64,000 nt of DNA from Minutocellus sp. GHC0000111 (GCA_977018835.1 OZ361260.1:1426001-1490000), one strand, 5' to 3'; counted from the stretch's first letter, positions 9,149-21,715 are shown. Numbers and translations are program-made. The notes: generated from the letters alone by a model not told the origin.

Positions 9149-11488
9149 ATGAAGTTTCATCCCCCAACCCTCCTTCTCTTCCTCGCCCCCTTCCCCGTCG
9201 ATGCCGTCCCAGGTGTCGACGTGCTGGCGTCGTCCAACTTTTCCCCCTATCGCATTTCCATTGACGCGCTCATGTCATCGTCAACAAATTTCTCCGACAA
9301 GAACATCGATGAACAACTCGCCGAATCTCTTTCCAAGACCGGCATTGTCTCTATCAAAGACATTCCAGGATATGCCTATCTGCGCAAATCAACCCTTGCT
9401 TCTCTCGCCAGGTGTGCCGATGTGGCCGATTCAGCAAAGACGCACAAATTCTCCGACGGCACCGTCCGGAGCACATTCGCAACCCGAACGATCCCGGGAC
9501 CGGGTGGTGCCCAAATTATCCCCGGTATTCAGAAACTCGAAGAAGAATGCCACGAATTCGAAGAGGCCAGCAGTCAGCTGAGGTCAGTCATTGACAAGGC
9601 CACTCAAGCCTTCTCCAATAAGTTGGCATCAATCCTGTTCGAAGACGACGGGGAAAGTTCCAACGAGACGCTTCTCAAAACCAAGGCAGGGTACAATTTT
9701 CGCACCTTTGCTGACGTAGTAGAAAATGGGGAGCATCTCGAACATTTCCACTCTTACTACCTGCCAAAGATGACGATATCTCATCATCCGCTGTTACTAC
9801 CATCGATTTTCACACCGACCAGGGCTTGTTCATCGCCTTTACTCCGGCCATGAGTACCACAGATGTCGGTAGTTTCTACATCATTCTCGAGGACGGCTCT
9901 TACTCCAGTGTGGCCTTCGACGACGACGATCTCATTATCATGCTGGGCGATGGCGTCAATCAGTTTGTCAACCCGCATCTAGAAAAACTGGGCCGTAAAC
10001 TTCGACTCCGTGCCACTCCCCACGCCATGGATATGTCCATCAACGATGCCGCCCGCACCTGGCACGGCCGTATGATTCTACCTCCTACCGATGCTGTCCA
10101 CGAGGAAAGCGGTGGAACGTTCGGTGATCTCCGACGCCGTATGATCGATGCCTCTCTCTCCACTGAGGGAAGGGGCGATAACTTCCTTGCCATCGGCTGT
10201 TCCGGAAGCGCTGTCGCTCGTCAGGTCGAAGAGGTCACCTGCGCAGAGGGCTCTACCTACTGCTGGCACCGTTGCATGGAGCACACGGCTTTTGATGTGT
10301 CCGCAGATGGGTGCAGCGCGCTAGACCTTCAGCTTCAATGCATCAATCCCCGAGATCAGTTCAGTGATGGCAATGAACATGGCGACTTTTTCTTGGCTTG
10401 TTCTGATACCACCGAGGTCGCCACCGACTACCCGACCATCCCTGGGTATCCCAGAGATCCTGAAATTTGTGATATTGCGTCTTGGAATAAGTTTTCCGAC
10501 ACTACCGGCTATGATTTCTCCTTCGATCGTTTGGGAGACAATCAAGGAAGGAGGGGATTTCACGTAAGTTGAATTTTCTCATACTGTATTATTTGTCTGC
10601 TCTTTCGCTACGCGCATACATACATACATATCTCAATATCAGATCTTCGTTTATTTATTCATGAATTACTCTTTACTAGGAGGGGATGGTCAACGGCGAG
10701 AAGGGATTTGGTAAAGTGGCAAAGTTTATGTGGTCGGTCAAGGACAACAAGATCGACGGCATGTTGGTCTTTAATGGCGGCTTCGGATACCTTGCAACTG
10801 GATTTCCTTTCCCTGGAGGAGACAAGAATGGCATGCACGGTGCTTCTGTGATCATGGCAATCCCCGGTGGAGATTACAGTGCCAAATTTGGACTGAACCT
10901 CACCTTGGACGAGAATGTTCAGGAATACACGTAAGTTTTGTCACACTGGGAAATATCGAATGGCATTGCAACAAACACTTACTCATATTGAGTAATTTGC
11001 ATCCATCCTTTCTTTTCATCTATTTCAGTATCGATCTATCAGGCGCGTCCTTTCGCCATTGGTCGGACCCTCTTCCAAATAGAGACACCAGCAGCTATAA
11101 GGTCACGACACAAGGAGACTGCTTCACGGCCCTCAAGTTTACCACCGACAATATCAATGATATCAAGTTCAATGTTGAAGGTACCAACGACATGATTTGG
11201 GCAGGCAACCTCAAGGATTCCTTCTGCGGTAGCCACGGTCGTGGCCAGGATGGTCGTGGAGACCGTGACCGCTTCACTGTCGAATGGAAAACCAGCAAAG
11301 CTTGGTTTCCTTCTCCTCCTAGCCCTTTGATCTTAGAGCCTGAAAGCATTGCTACCAAGCCCGAAGAGCCAATTGGTGACAAGGCTAATGCTGAGGCCTC
11401 GACCGGTTACATTACACATTCATCGTTCTGGATTGCCTCGACTCTTGTTTCTCTTGTTCTTTCATTTGGTACTAGCATGACTGGATAA
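9149..11488 (+). pseudogene. Secreted 2OG-Fe(II) oxygenase-like + Cys-rich + DOMON-like protein with hydrophobic C-tail; frameshift near 9760; introns 10564-10679 and 10931-11028
   Basis: Signal peptide MKFHPPTLLLFLAP; HLEHFHSY, DFHTDQGLFIAF, RATPHA; C-terminal W-rich region (GYLATG, MIWA, H); GT-AG introns keep frame. Confidence 0.65.
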
Positions 11489-11555
11489 ATTGAAATAATA
11501 TGATCGTAGCGCATGTTTGCACGTGATGGACATTTCAGCTCAAACTTACTTGTTA

Positions 11556-12977
11556 TCAAAGTGCAGGCATATTTCCAAAGGAGAAATACTTTATAAGACA
11601 TGCTATTATTTTTAAGTTAGGTTTATTCATACCCCTTGGTCGGATCTGTGTACTTCTTGTAAACCGAGGTAATCTTCTCGACAATCTCATCATCCAACTT
11701 GATATCGTATGCCTTGATATTTTCCTCCAATTGTGGGATGGTCGTAGCACCAATGATGGTACTGCAAACATGCTCTCAGTGATAGCACCACGCCAAGGCA
11801 AGCTCGGTTGGGGTCATGCCTGCCTCCTTGGCAATATCGGCGTAAGCAGATGCAGCGGCCTCCGTTTGGCTGCCACGATATCGCGACATGAAGCCAGGGA
11901 ATAGATTGAGCCGAGCGCCCTCGGGAACATTTTCAGGATCGGCATATTTTCCCGTGAGAATGCCTCCCGCCAGTGGAGAGTACGGCAGCAGGGCAACATC
12001 ATGGTGATAGCATGCCTCTGCCAGACCGGCTTCGTAATCTTTGCGAACGACTAAACTGTAGGAGTTCTGGATGCTGGCTATACGAGGATACAACTCAGGA
12101 TTGGCCTTGGCCATTTCCACCATGCTGCAGACCCCATAGGGCGTTTCATTCGAGACTCCAATATATCGAACCTTTCCACTCTGCACCACCTCATTCAATG
12201 CCGATAATTGCTCCTCGAATGAATTCGATTCCTTTAGGTTTGCCGGCGAAAAATCAGGCTGGCCAAACAGTCCTCCGGTGTACCTATCCGGCCAGTGTAT
12301 CTGCAACAAATCAATATAATCCGTCCCCAACCTCTGCAGTGATGAGTCAACACTTTCCAAAATTTGCTTTCGGTTCACCTCGGCAAAGCTGCCATCTTTG
12401 CGCAACCAATCAATGCGATCACTACGACCGCTAACTTTGGTGGCCAAAACGACATCCTCTCGCTTACGACCCTTGAGGAACTTTGCAACTGTTTCATCCG
12501 TCTTTCCCTGAGTATCAGCGTCGGTCGGGACAGGGTACATCTCCGCGGTATCGAGGAAATTGATCCCAAACTGATCCCAAGCCATGTTAAGCTGCTCCAC
12601 GCCCTCCTCCAGCGTGTTCTGCTTGCCGAAAGTCTGTGGGACGAAAAAAGGGGTGGATTGAATATGCAAGTATTGAGAGAATACATCCAAGGTCGAAATT
12701 CAGAAATAAATGCATACACAGCTGCTCGATCAATCAAAGACAGATTTTGATGACGCACCATCGTTCCCATGCAAACCTTGCTGACCGTCAAGTCCGACGA
12801 TCCAAGCTTGACGTAGTCCATCCCATTCTTGAGGGATGGGACCGATTTGTTCTCGAGTACAGCAGACGCCGAGGCTGCGGCAGTCGCGATCGCCGAAAAC
12901 GCATCGGCCGATGGCACAATGCATGCGCCGATGGCACCAAAGGCGAGAGCAGTGACTGCTGGTCTGGAGAAGATCAT
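11556..12977 (-). pseudogene. Aldo-keto reductase (Tas-like), probably plastid-targeted; intron 12634-12758; in-frame TGA at 11776-11778
   Basis: LGSSDLTVSKVCMGTMTFG, FLDTAEMYP, LATKV, YIDLLQIHWPDR, YIGVSNE, SIQNSYSL, LLPYSPLAGG; frame continues EHVCSTIIGATTIPQLEEN after the TGA; ADA-F presequence. Confidence 0.85.
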
Positions 12978-13350
12978 TGTTTGGGGGGGGATTGGTTAAT
13001 TTGAATTGCCTTGTAGCAAGTCGATGAATTGTTATACACGTAGGCACGTTCGTGCGTCCACTGGCGTCTACTGTCCACTGAGTCAGTCTTCCCGCCAACT
13101 ACACACTAGAACTTGGTCCCGATTTCGGTCCCGATCTCACGAGTGTTTCACGAAATTATTCTGTGAACGAGGTTCACAGAAAGTCACAAAAGGAAGCATA
13201 CCTAGGTACCTAGGCACACGGCATCGCATCACAATGGGCGTCTGGCAGTACTGATTCTCATTCGCTGAAAAGATACCCTCTACAACAACAACAACAACAA
13301 CAACAATCACACGCTTACACACATTAGAACTACCCTCTACTACATGTACA

Positions 13351-15105
13351 ATGGTACGGGAGATACTTGTGGCGCTGCTGTTCTTCTATTTGGCAGCCGC
13401 AGAACCCGACCAACAAGCACGGCGAAGGCGGAGGTTCGTCGATTACCTCAACCCCCATTTGCATGGCCATGCTTGGACGAGAACGAAGGTTGCAACTGTT
13501 GGCGATGCTGATGGCAATAATGAGAATTCAGGTGGTGCACCACCGGACGTCCAAGAATTGTTCCTCGAGCAGCGGTTGGATCACTTTGCGCAATCCGACT
13601 CGACGGAGCTGCCCGTCCCGACCTTTCGGCAGCGATACTTTTACTCCGATCGCTATGTTCGTGGTGACCAACAAAGCGGATCACCGTCGCCATCATCGTC
13701 TTACGCGTTTCTATGCATGGGCAGGGAGGGACCGTCACTCACCAAGCATGTTCTGGTGGATTCGGTCCATTGTTCTGGTGATATGCTACAGCTGGCATCG
13801 ATCTTGCACGACACGTACGGGCTAAACGTACATCTGTATGCCCTGGAGCATCGGTATTATGGGCAGAGTTATCCCCAGTTTTCAGATGGTTCCAGTCCAG
13901 TGAGCAATGAAAATTTGCGTTATCTCAGTTCAAGACAGGCACTTGGCGATATGGCACACTTTGTCTCGACTGCCATCCATGATGGTGGTAGCAGCTTCTC
14001 GTCCAACGTCAAAGTGGTGACATTTGGAGGATCGTATCCTGGTATGCTGAGCGCCTGGGCGCGGCTCAAGTATCCTCATTTGATTTTTGCATCCGTCAGT
14101 AACAGCAGTCCCGTCCAGGCTCAGTTGGATTTCCCTGAATACAACGACCGCGTGGCCTATGATTTGAGAGACGAGGCCGTCGGTGGGAGCGACGCCTGCT
14201 TTGACATATTTTCCGTTGGACATGCAGAGATATCGGGCATGGTAAGCGCAGATGGTGACGGACGAGAAAAGATTGCGGAGCTATTCAACATATGCGGCGG
14301 TGCCGAAGCCCTTTCTAATCCCATGAATGCCAATGCCTTCCTGGGCGACGGCGTCGTCTTTGTGCCAGCCCAGAGTAATGATCCATCTTGCGTCGATCGG
14401 ATGTGTAACATTGAGCACTTATGCGCAAGTTTGATCGCGGCCAAGGAGATCACTGGTAGCAACGTCGAGGCGTTGGCCGCCATTGCCAAAGTCCAGCGCA
14501 ATGCTGGAGATGGAGGAGATAGCACGGAAAGCGATGCCTGCGTTGAAGTAGATTGGGAACAAACAATTGCCTATCTGTCGTCCGATGAGGCCATGGAGGA
14601 AGGTACCCGTTCGTGGCTATGGCAGACCTGTACCGAATTTGGTTTTTACCAGACTTGCGCAGAGGATTCTGGCTGTCCCTACGGGAAAGGACATCATCAG
14701 CTTTCTATGGATCTCGAGATATGCGAGCGTGCCTTTGGGGTGGCAAAGAACTCAGTGTGGAGAAACGTCCAGCAATCAAATGAGCAGTACGGTGGTTGGA
14801 ATATCGATTCTAACCGCATATTATTTGTGAATGGCGAGGTCGATCCTTGGAGTATGCTTTCAGTAGACCTGGACCACGGCCGAAGCGCTGAAATGCCAAC
14901 GATATGGGTCGAAGGTGCTTCGCATCATTTTTGGACACACCAAGTATTGGAGAGCGATGGAAACAATATTCTAGAGGCCAGAAGGGCAATCTATCAGCAG
15001 ACCATTGAGTGGCTGGGCTTGGAAAATAAATTGTATTTTGATTCGCCAGCGAGAGTCTCAAATTTGAGGTCGAACATTGTTGATTCGGTTCAAGAGGGGC
15101 GCTGA
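13351..15105 (+). CDS. Serine carboxypeptidase family S28 (thymus-specific serine protease/prolylcarboxypeptidase-like)
   Basis: Signal peptide; QRLDHF, LEHRYYGQS, GGSYPG, WLWQTCTEFG, NGEVDPW, GASHH. Confidence 0.92.
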   Translation: MVREILVALLFFYLAAAEPDQQARRRRRFVDYLNPHLHGHAWTRTKVATVGDADGNNENSGGAPPDVQELFLEQRLDHFAQSDSTELPVPTFRQRYFYSDRYVRGDQQSGSPSPSSSYAFLCMGREGPSLTKHVLVDSVHCSGDMLQLASILHDTYGLNVHLYALEHRYYGQSYPQFSDGSSPVSNENLRYLSSRQALGDMAHFVSTAIHDGGSSFSSNVKVVTFGGSYPGMLSAWARLKYPHLIFASVSNSSPVQAQLDFPEYNDRVAYDLRDEAVGGSDACFDIFSVGHAEISGMVSADGDGREKIAELFNICGGAEALSNPMNANAFLGDGVVFVPAQSNDPSCVDRMCNIEHLCASLIAAKEITGSNVEALAAIAKVQRNAGDGGDSTESDACVEVDWEQTIAYLSSDEAMEEGTRSWLWQTCTEFGFYQTCAEDSGCPYGKGHHQLSMDLEICERAFGVAKNSVWRNVQQSNEQYGGWNIDSNRILFVNGEVDPWSMLSVDLDHGRSAEMPTIWVEGASHHFWTHQVLESDGNNILEARRAIYQQTIEWLGLENKLYFDSPARVSNLRSNIVDSVQEGR

Positions 15106-16395
15106 GCTATGTGTAAATTTTTTATTCGTATGTCGACGTGCTAGTAAATCTATTTCTATTTTGCTATTTTACAAAGACTTCTTTCACACCACGTAGATGC
15201 TAATGGATTTCCTTTTGGCGCCACCAGAACACACCTCGATGTACACGAGGGTTGAGTTCATACAGTGGCACAAACATTCGATGCATTTTGTCAATGCCGA
15301 GTAATTCTGCGGAAGTTCCGAAGGGTGTATATGCTCCTACCCTCTTTACCTGCGCATTATGTGCAGTCAGTGTCTATCCCCACGTAGAAATTTCTACATG
15401 CATGTGCATGTGAGGGCCGCTGTGAGAGCTTTACCGGACGTGCTAAATGAGATGAAGCAATTTTTTATGCTTGCACTAGTGATTACCAATGGGAAACAGC
15501 AGAAAACTGCGTTCTATCTGCAGGATTGCTCCTAAGATGAGAGTACCTAGAGGTAGGGATCCCTACGTGCATGTATTGGTATTCCTGGAACTGGAGGCCA
15601 AATCCTACTTTTATCCCCCGTTGTGGGCGTTGTGGGTGTCCTTAAAAATCAAAATGAGACGCCCTTTGCCCTTTGTCCTTTCACGGGGAAACTACGAGTA
15701 AATAGCAAATCAAAATGACGCACGATGCCCTTTCAAAGGTGGAACAATTCAAAGTGACGCACGATGCCCTTTCAGCTTTTGCGCGAAATCCACCATTCCT
15801 GTATAAGCTAGATGTCTTGTCCCGCTTTGTTCCATGGAATGTCATGACCTTCTTGCTTTCAAGAAAACGGAGAAACATCGGAGGCCAAATCCTACTTTTG
15901 AATTTGAGTGAGTAGTCCTTGTCCCACTTTTTGTAGGCGAAATTCAAAATGAGACGCCTTTGGTGTCGCCAAATCCACCAATCCTGCATAAGACCACACT
16001 TTACGTAGAGAGCGTGCTATGTCCCTCTTTGTTGCCGGAGAAACTTGACGCGTGAAAAAAAAGTTGATGCGGTTTTGCGTTGTGCGTCACACTTGGAGGC
16101 AGGGCCTTTCTGAAATTTCTTTACATACTTAAGCCCCGCAGCCTCAGTCAGAAATCGGACATCTGAAAAAGTATAACATTTATAATATATCATGGCATAA
16201 ATAGGCCTACATAGGATACATTCATCCTATTGCACGATATGCATACATGCATGTAATCCATGTGAGCAAAGCAGGATATCAGCCTCACCTAGCTACGTAG
16301 TAGGTAGAGCTACATACATGAAGTGGCGATTACCTTACCTCTCTTCAATAAACAGAACTATTGTGGGCCGATGGCATCTCAACAACGCAAATAAA

Positions 16396-16929
16396 ATGAA
16401 GAGCACATCAATCCCTCCCTCGACGACGATCATTCGGTACAACTCCACGAAGTCGGTCAATTTCTCACCCAAAGTGAAAGTTATTCTTTCGCTCTCTCTC
16501 GACGACTTCACAGATGAGGAGATTGCCAATGTATGGGTCACTTCCGAAGAGGACAATACTTCCAAGGAACACATCGTTCAGACTTTCAAGGTCCTTCGGT
16601 CAAATGGCGGATCGATCCCCTTAGATCTGCATTCCGACTTTTCTGCTCTTGGCCTGGAAATATTGGCTAGCCAGGTAAAGATTCGCAAGTGCCAAGAGAA
16701 TCGAGCCCGCCATGTCGATGGCGTGTTGAACGCCCAGGATGCTTCCCTAGCCCATGCCGAGAGAATCGCTCTAATATCCAAAGTCATCTCCCACCCAGCG
16801 AGGAAGAAAGCCGTGACTATTGCCAACAAGCTGGTCACTGATCTCAAAAACAACTGTAAACGGCTGCAGCGTACATGTGTCGCCGTGTCGCCTACAAAGA
16901 ACAAAGGATTGCTGCCTGTTGCAGACTAG
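16396..16929 (+). CDS. Small uncharacterised protein (KSVxFSPKV..DFTDEEI..W..GLE family), copy 1; stop shifted by a 1-nt indel relative to copy 2
   Basis: High identity to 18559-19047; AACTGTAAA here vs AACTCGTAA in copy 2. Confidence 0.65.
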   Translation: MKSTSIPPSTTIIRYNSTKSVNFSPKVKVILSLSLDDFTDEEIANVWVTSEEDNTSKEHIVQTFKVLRSNGGSIPLDLHSDFSALGLEILASQVKIRKCQENRARHVDGVLNAQDASLAHAERIALISKVISHPARKKAVTIANKLVTDLKNNCKRLQRTCVAVSPTKNKGLLPVAD

Positions 16930-16997
16930 ACATCAAATATTCCCTCTCGTTTGATGAACAACCAAGTAATGGCACATACCAACGAGACAATACCGTT

Positions 16998-17607
16998 AGC
17001 GCAATGCTGGAGATGGAGGAGATAGCACGGAGAATAACAATTGTGTCGAAGTGGATTGGGAACAAACAATTGCTTATCTGTCATCCGATGAGGCCATGGA
17101 GGAAGGTACTCGTTCGTGGCTATGGCAGACCTGTACCGAATTAGGTTACTACCAGACTTGTGCAGAGGGTTCTGACTGTCCCTATGGAAAAGGACATCAC
17201 CAGCTTTCTATGGATCTCGAGATATGCGAGCGAGCATTTGGAGTGGCAAAGAACTCAGTGTGGAGAAACGTCCAGCAATCAAATGAGCAGTACGGCGGGT
17301 GGAATATCGATTCTAACCGCATATTATTTGTGAATGGCGAGGTCGATCCTTGGAGTATGCTTTCGGTAGACCTGGACCACGGTCGAAGTGCTGAATTGCC
17401 AACGATATGGGTCGATGGAGCATCGCATCATTTTTGGACGCACCAAGTATTGGAGAGCGACGGAGACAATATTCTAGAGGCCAGAAGGGCAATCTATCAG
17501 CAGATCATTGAGTGGCTGGGCTTGGAAGATGAATGTATTCTGATTCGCCTGCGAGAGTGTCGAATTTGAGATCGAACATTGCTGTTTCGGTTCAAGAGGG
17601 GCGCTGA
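16998..17607 (+). pseudogene. 5'-truncated duplicate of the S28 peptidase C-terminus
   Basis: DWEQTIAYLSSDEAMEEGTRSWLWQTCTE... nearly identical to 14550-15105; lacks the N-terminus and catalytic Ser. Confidence 0.9.
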
Positions 17608-18558
17608 GCTATGTGTAAATTTTTATTTCGTGTGTCGACGTGCTAGTAAATCTATTTCTATTTTGCTATTTTACAAAGACTTCTTTCACACCACGTAGAT
17701 GCTAATGGATTTCCTTTTGGCGCCACCAGGACACACCTTGCTCGATGTATACACACAGGGGCCCCTGTACGAGGGTTGAGTTCATACAGTGACACACATA
17801 TTCGATGCATTTTGCCAATGCAGAGTAATTCTGCGGAAGTTCCAGAAGTGTGTATGCACCTGCCCTTTTTACCTGCGCATCATGTTAAGTCAGCGTCTAT
17901 CCCCCGGTAGGAATTCCTGCATGCATGCATGTGCATGAGGGCCTCTGCGAGAGAGTTACTAGTACATGTACTGGACGTAGATCAAAATGAGATGACGCAA
18001 TTTATTTATGCTGGCAATATTGATCACCAATATGGAACAAAACTACGTTCTAGCTAGGAACTTCCTATGCAGGATTGCTCCTAACATGGGATTAGGGATC
18101 CCAATTGGTACTCGTGGAACCGTAGGCTAAATCGTACTTTTTGCTCTTGTGTTTTGATTTTGTGAGTGTCCTTTGAAAATATCAAAATGAGACGCCCTTT
18201 GTCCTTTCACGCGGGAAACTACGAGTAAATAGCAAATCAAAATGACGCACGATGTCGCCAAATCCACCAATCCTGCATAAGATTAGCGTGCCCTTTTCTG
18301 ATTTGTTCCATGGAATGTCATGACCTTCTTGCTTTCAATACAACGGGGAAACTTGACGCGGTTGCGCGTTGTGCGACAGAAATCGGACATTCGGACCAAA
18401 TGATTTGGCATACTCTAGCTAGAGTAGTACATGTCATGAAACGGGATAATCAGCCTCTACTACGTAGCTAGCTAGCTAGCTAGAGCTACATACATGCAAG
18501 TGGCTAACTACATGTATAGCCCGAACTCTCTTAAATTAAACAGAAACATTGTGGCCCG

Positions 18559-19047
18559 ATGACATCTCAACAATCGCAAATGATGAAGAGCGCACCAATC
18601 CCTCCCTCGACGACGATCACCCGATGCGACACAGCGAAGTCGGTCAGTTTCTCACCCAAAGTGCAAGTTATCTTTTCGCTCTCTCTCAACGACTTCACGG
18701 ATGAGGAGATTGCCAATGTATGGGTCACTTCCGAAGAGGACAATACTTCCAAGGAACACATCGTTCAGACTTTCAAGGTCCTTCGGTCAAATGGCGGATC
18801 GGTCCCTCTAGATCTGCATTCCGACTTTTCTGCTCTTGGCCTGGAAATATTGGCTAGCCAGGTGAAGATTCGCAAGTGCCAAGAGAATCGAGCCCGCCAC
18901 GTCGATGGCGTGTTGAACGCCCAAGATGCTCCCCTAGCCCATGCCGAGAGAATCGCTCTAACATCCGAGGTCATCTCCCACCCAGCGAGGAAGAAAGCCG
19001 CGGCTATTGCCAACAAGCTGGCCACTGATCTGAATAACAACTCGTAA
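18559..19047 (+). CDS. Small uncharacterised protein family, copy 2 (intact)
   Basis: 162-aa ORF homologous to copies at 16396, 22415 and 24677. Confidence 0.7.
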   Translation: MTSQQSQMMKSAPIPPSTTITRCDTAKSVSFSPKVQVIFSLSLNDFTDEEIANVWVTSEEDNTSKEHIVQTFKVLRSNGGSVPLDLHSDFSALGLEILASQVKIRKCQENRARHVDGVLNAQDAPLAHAERIALTSEVISHPARKKAAAIANKLATDLNNNS

Positions 19048-19468
19048 ACGCCTGCTGTGTACATGTGTCGCCGTGTCGCCTGCAAAGAATAATTAATTGC
19101 TGCCTGTTGCAGACTAGACATCAAATATTCCCTCTCGCTTAAAACGAAGTAATTGCACATACCAACAAGAGAAGTGGCAATCTGCTGCAACAATATCGTT
19201 AGTGCTCTCTTTCAAAACAACTTTTCAGGTTGTATTTTTACATGCTAATAAATCTACATGGCTGTACAATTCTAGTAACTACATGTATGAAGCATGTGTG
19301 GTACCCAAATGAAATATATTCCATTACAAGGCCAGCACGCATCGTATTAGAAGGTGCAGCAGCTGAGAGACCACCACCAGCAGTACATCTATTACATGTA
19401 TAATTATTGAAAATGCAATGGCGACATACCTAGGTAACTTATCGACACAGCTTATGCGATACTCTAAT

Positions 19469-21715
19469 CTACATTCTGTCGACGGAAAGGTCGGCCTCCC
19501 TCCGGCCCAAGCTTTCTGAAAGTAAATTGAGCTCTTCTTGCCATCTTTCTAACTGCTCTTCTACCTCCTCGGCCTTGGAGATTCTCTCATCGAGAAGGAA
19601 GCGATCGTGCTCAATCTCCTTGCTCTTCTCCTTGAGGCTGATGGCTACCAATCGCATTTGCTCTTGAGCTTCCTGCAGCTGTCGTCTTTCCTCGGTGATA
19701 TGTTGACCCTCTGTAAGGGCTTCTCCAAGGCTCGCTTCCTTTTCGTTCAAGTCTCGTTGCCTCTCTTCCAGTTCTGCCTGCTTTTCCGCCAGCGCCCTCG
19801 ATTCTTCTTGGGCAGTTGCTTCTCGTTCCTCCAAATCTCGGGTTTGAGATTCAATTGAAGCGCCTTGACTTTCGATCGTGTCCATCAATTTGGCCACCTT
19901 CTCGCGTTGGCTTTCTTCGTATTCTGCAAACGATAGTCGTTGTTCCCTGGCTTGGCTTTCGATTGTTACGATAGCCTCGTCATACTCATTTTGCTTACTG
20001 ACCAAGCTTTCCTCGAGCATTGCGATGCGATCCTTCAGAGCAGAGGCGTCGGTCTCTGCCTGGAGATTTGCTTCCATCAACGCCGTCTTCTCCGCAAGTA
20101 TCTTGTCGTAGTCTCTGAGGACTTCGGAGGCTGGAGAAGGAGAAAGCATGGCAGCACATATGTGGTGAGATTAGATGTACGCTGCAAATAATATCCATAA
20201 GGAGGGCAAAATATTCCAATGCATATTAAACAGCCACAGACATACCTTCGGTTTGAAGAGCCTTGCTTTCTGCCGAGATGGATTGTTCCTTGGACTCAAA
20301 AGCTGCGCGTGTCTCTTCGATCTCTTCACGGCAGCGATCTTGCTCAGATCGCAGTGCAAGCTTTAGTGAATCGACCTTGATCGCAAGATCTCCACAGCGC
20401 TGCTTTAGACTCGCATTATCCTTGAGCACCTTAGCAAGCTCGGTCTGCAGCTGACTTTCGCCCTTGTCGATGGCCTCCTGTCGAGCAGCGAGTTCGTTCG
20501 ATAGGAGTTCAAGAGATGCAGTCTCCTGAGCAACTTCATCGCGACGAAGTTTGCACTCTGCATTTCGACGACTCGTTTCAGAAATGACCTGTGACAACTC
20601 GTCTTGCGCACGAGCAAGATCATCCGCAGCTCGGGTCAGCTCTTCTTTCATTTCTGCCTTGGCAGCCTCGCCAGCATCCCTGGCTTGTCTGAGATCATCC
20701 TGTAAGGCTGATAATTCCGCCCGTGCCGCGTCTGCCTCTGCTTGTTTGTTCTCGATGCTTTGTTGCAAGTTGCCAAGTTCATCCTGTGCGTTCAATATCT
20801 AGAAATGAATGGAAATATGGAACGTTGGGATGAAAGTGAGATGATGAAAGGAATCCCGGTAAACCTTTTCTCTGAAACAAAATGGCCATATCATTGTTAT
20901 CTGGGAACTTACCGTCGACTTGATGGATTCCCGTGCTCTTTCGGCGTCGTGGATAAGCTTTTCGCGTTTGGCCTCTTCAAGCTCCCGGCTCGCTTTGGCT
21001 TCTATGTAGCGTTGTTCCTCTTCCACACGAAGAACGACACATTCATCAAGCTGAGCTCGGGCGGCCTTGATTTCCTGCTGGCTTTCTTCAGTGGATGCCT
21101 CTAGCTTTGATCGTTCCGAGGCGATACCCTCCATCTGACGATTATTTGCCTCGGCCTGCTGCTTCAAGTTCGCCTCACGCTCTTCGAGCTCTTGGCTGCG
21201 CTGCTTGAGAGCAGCTTCTTTCGCCAGAAGTTCTTCTTCGACTTTTTCAAGACGCTTTCGTTCCTTTTTCGTCTCGGCCTTGGTCAGTCGTATGGCCTTG
21301 TCGACATCGGCCGCTCTCTGTTCCAATTTCGATGACTGTTCCGCAAGCAGAGCCTCTCGCTTTTCGAGCTCAGTCCACTGAAATTACGAAAGAGAAGGAG
21401 AACAATACATGGCCTCGTTGCATGGGTGAGAGAATGTCAAGATTCACGCCAGAGATAGATTTGACTGTCGTAAATTATCAAGAGTAGTGGCAATAATATC
21501 GTTCAAAACATACCTCCTTCTCGACCGATGCCCGTTCTTCTACCAAAGAATCGTTTTCTTTTCGCATTCGTGCCTTTTCATCGTCAAGGGAGTTCGACAG
21601 ATTTCGCAAATTGTCTGCTCGCTTGTCCAGGTCGGCTTCTTGTTGCTTCGCGGCCTCGACGCGCATTGCCAAACTATTTCTGTCGGCTGGTACTGTATGC
21701 ACCTCTGCCACCTCC
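19469..21715 (-). pseudogene. 5'-truncated duplicate of the coiled-coil gene (part of exon 2 plus exons 3-5)
   Basis: Near-identical to 25680-27915 including introns; similarity ends near 21715. Confidence 0.88.

Larger units (their letters stand above)
14496..19200. repeat. Tandem segmental duplication of ~2.5 kb (14496-~16997 and 16998-~19200)
   Basis: AGCGCAATGCTGGAGATGGAGGAGATAGCACGGA restarts at 16998; the S28 3' end, spacer and small ORF are repeated with divergence. Confidence 0.9.

Noticed and set aside
1558..11778. Alternative genetic code explaining the in-frame stops
   Set aside because: TGA aligns with Cys in one gene and probably Arg in another; TGA and TAG end other genes normally; frameshifts coexist.
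15590..15965. Short internal direct repeats as regulatory sites
   Set aside because: Mostly single in the paralogous copy, so better explained as local duplications.
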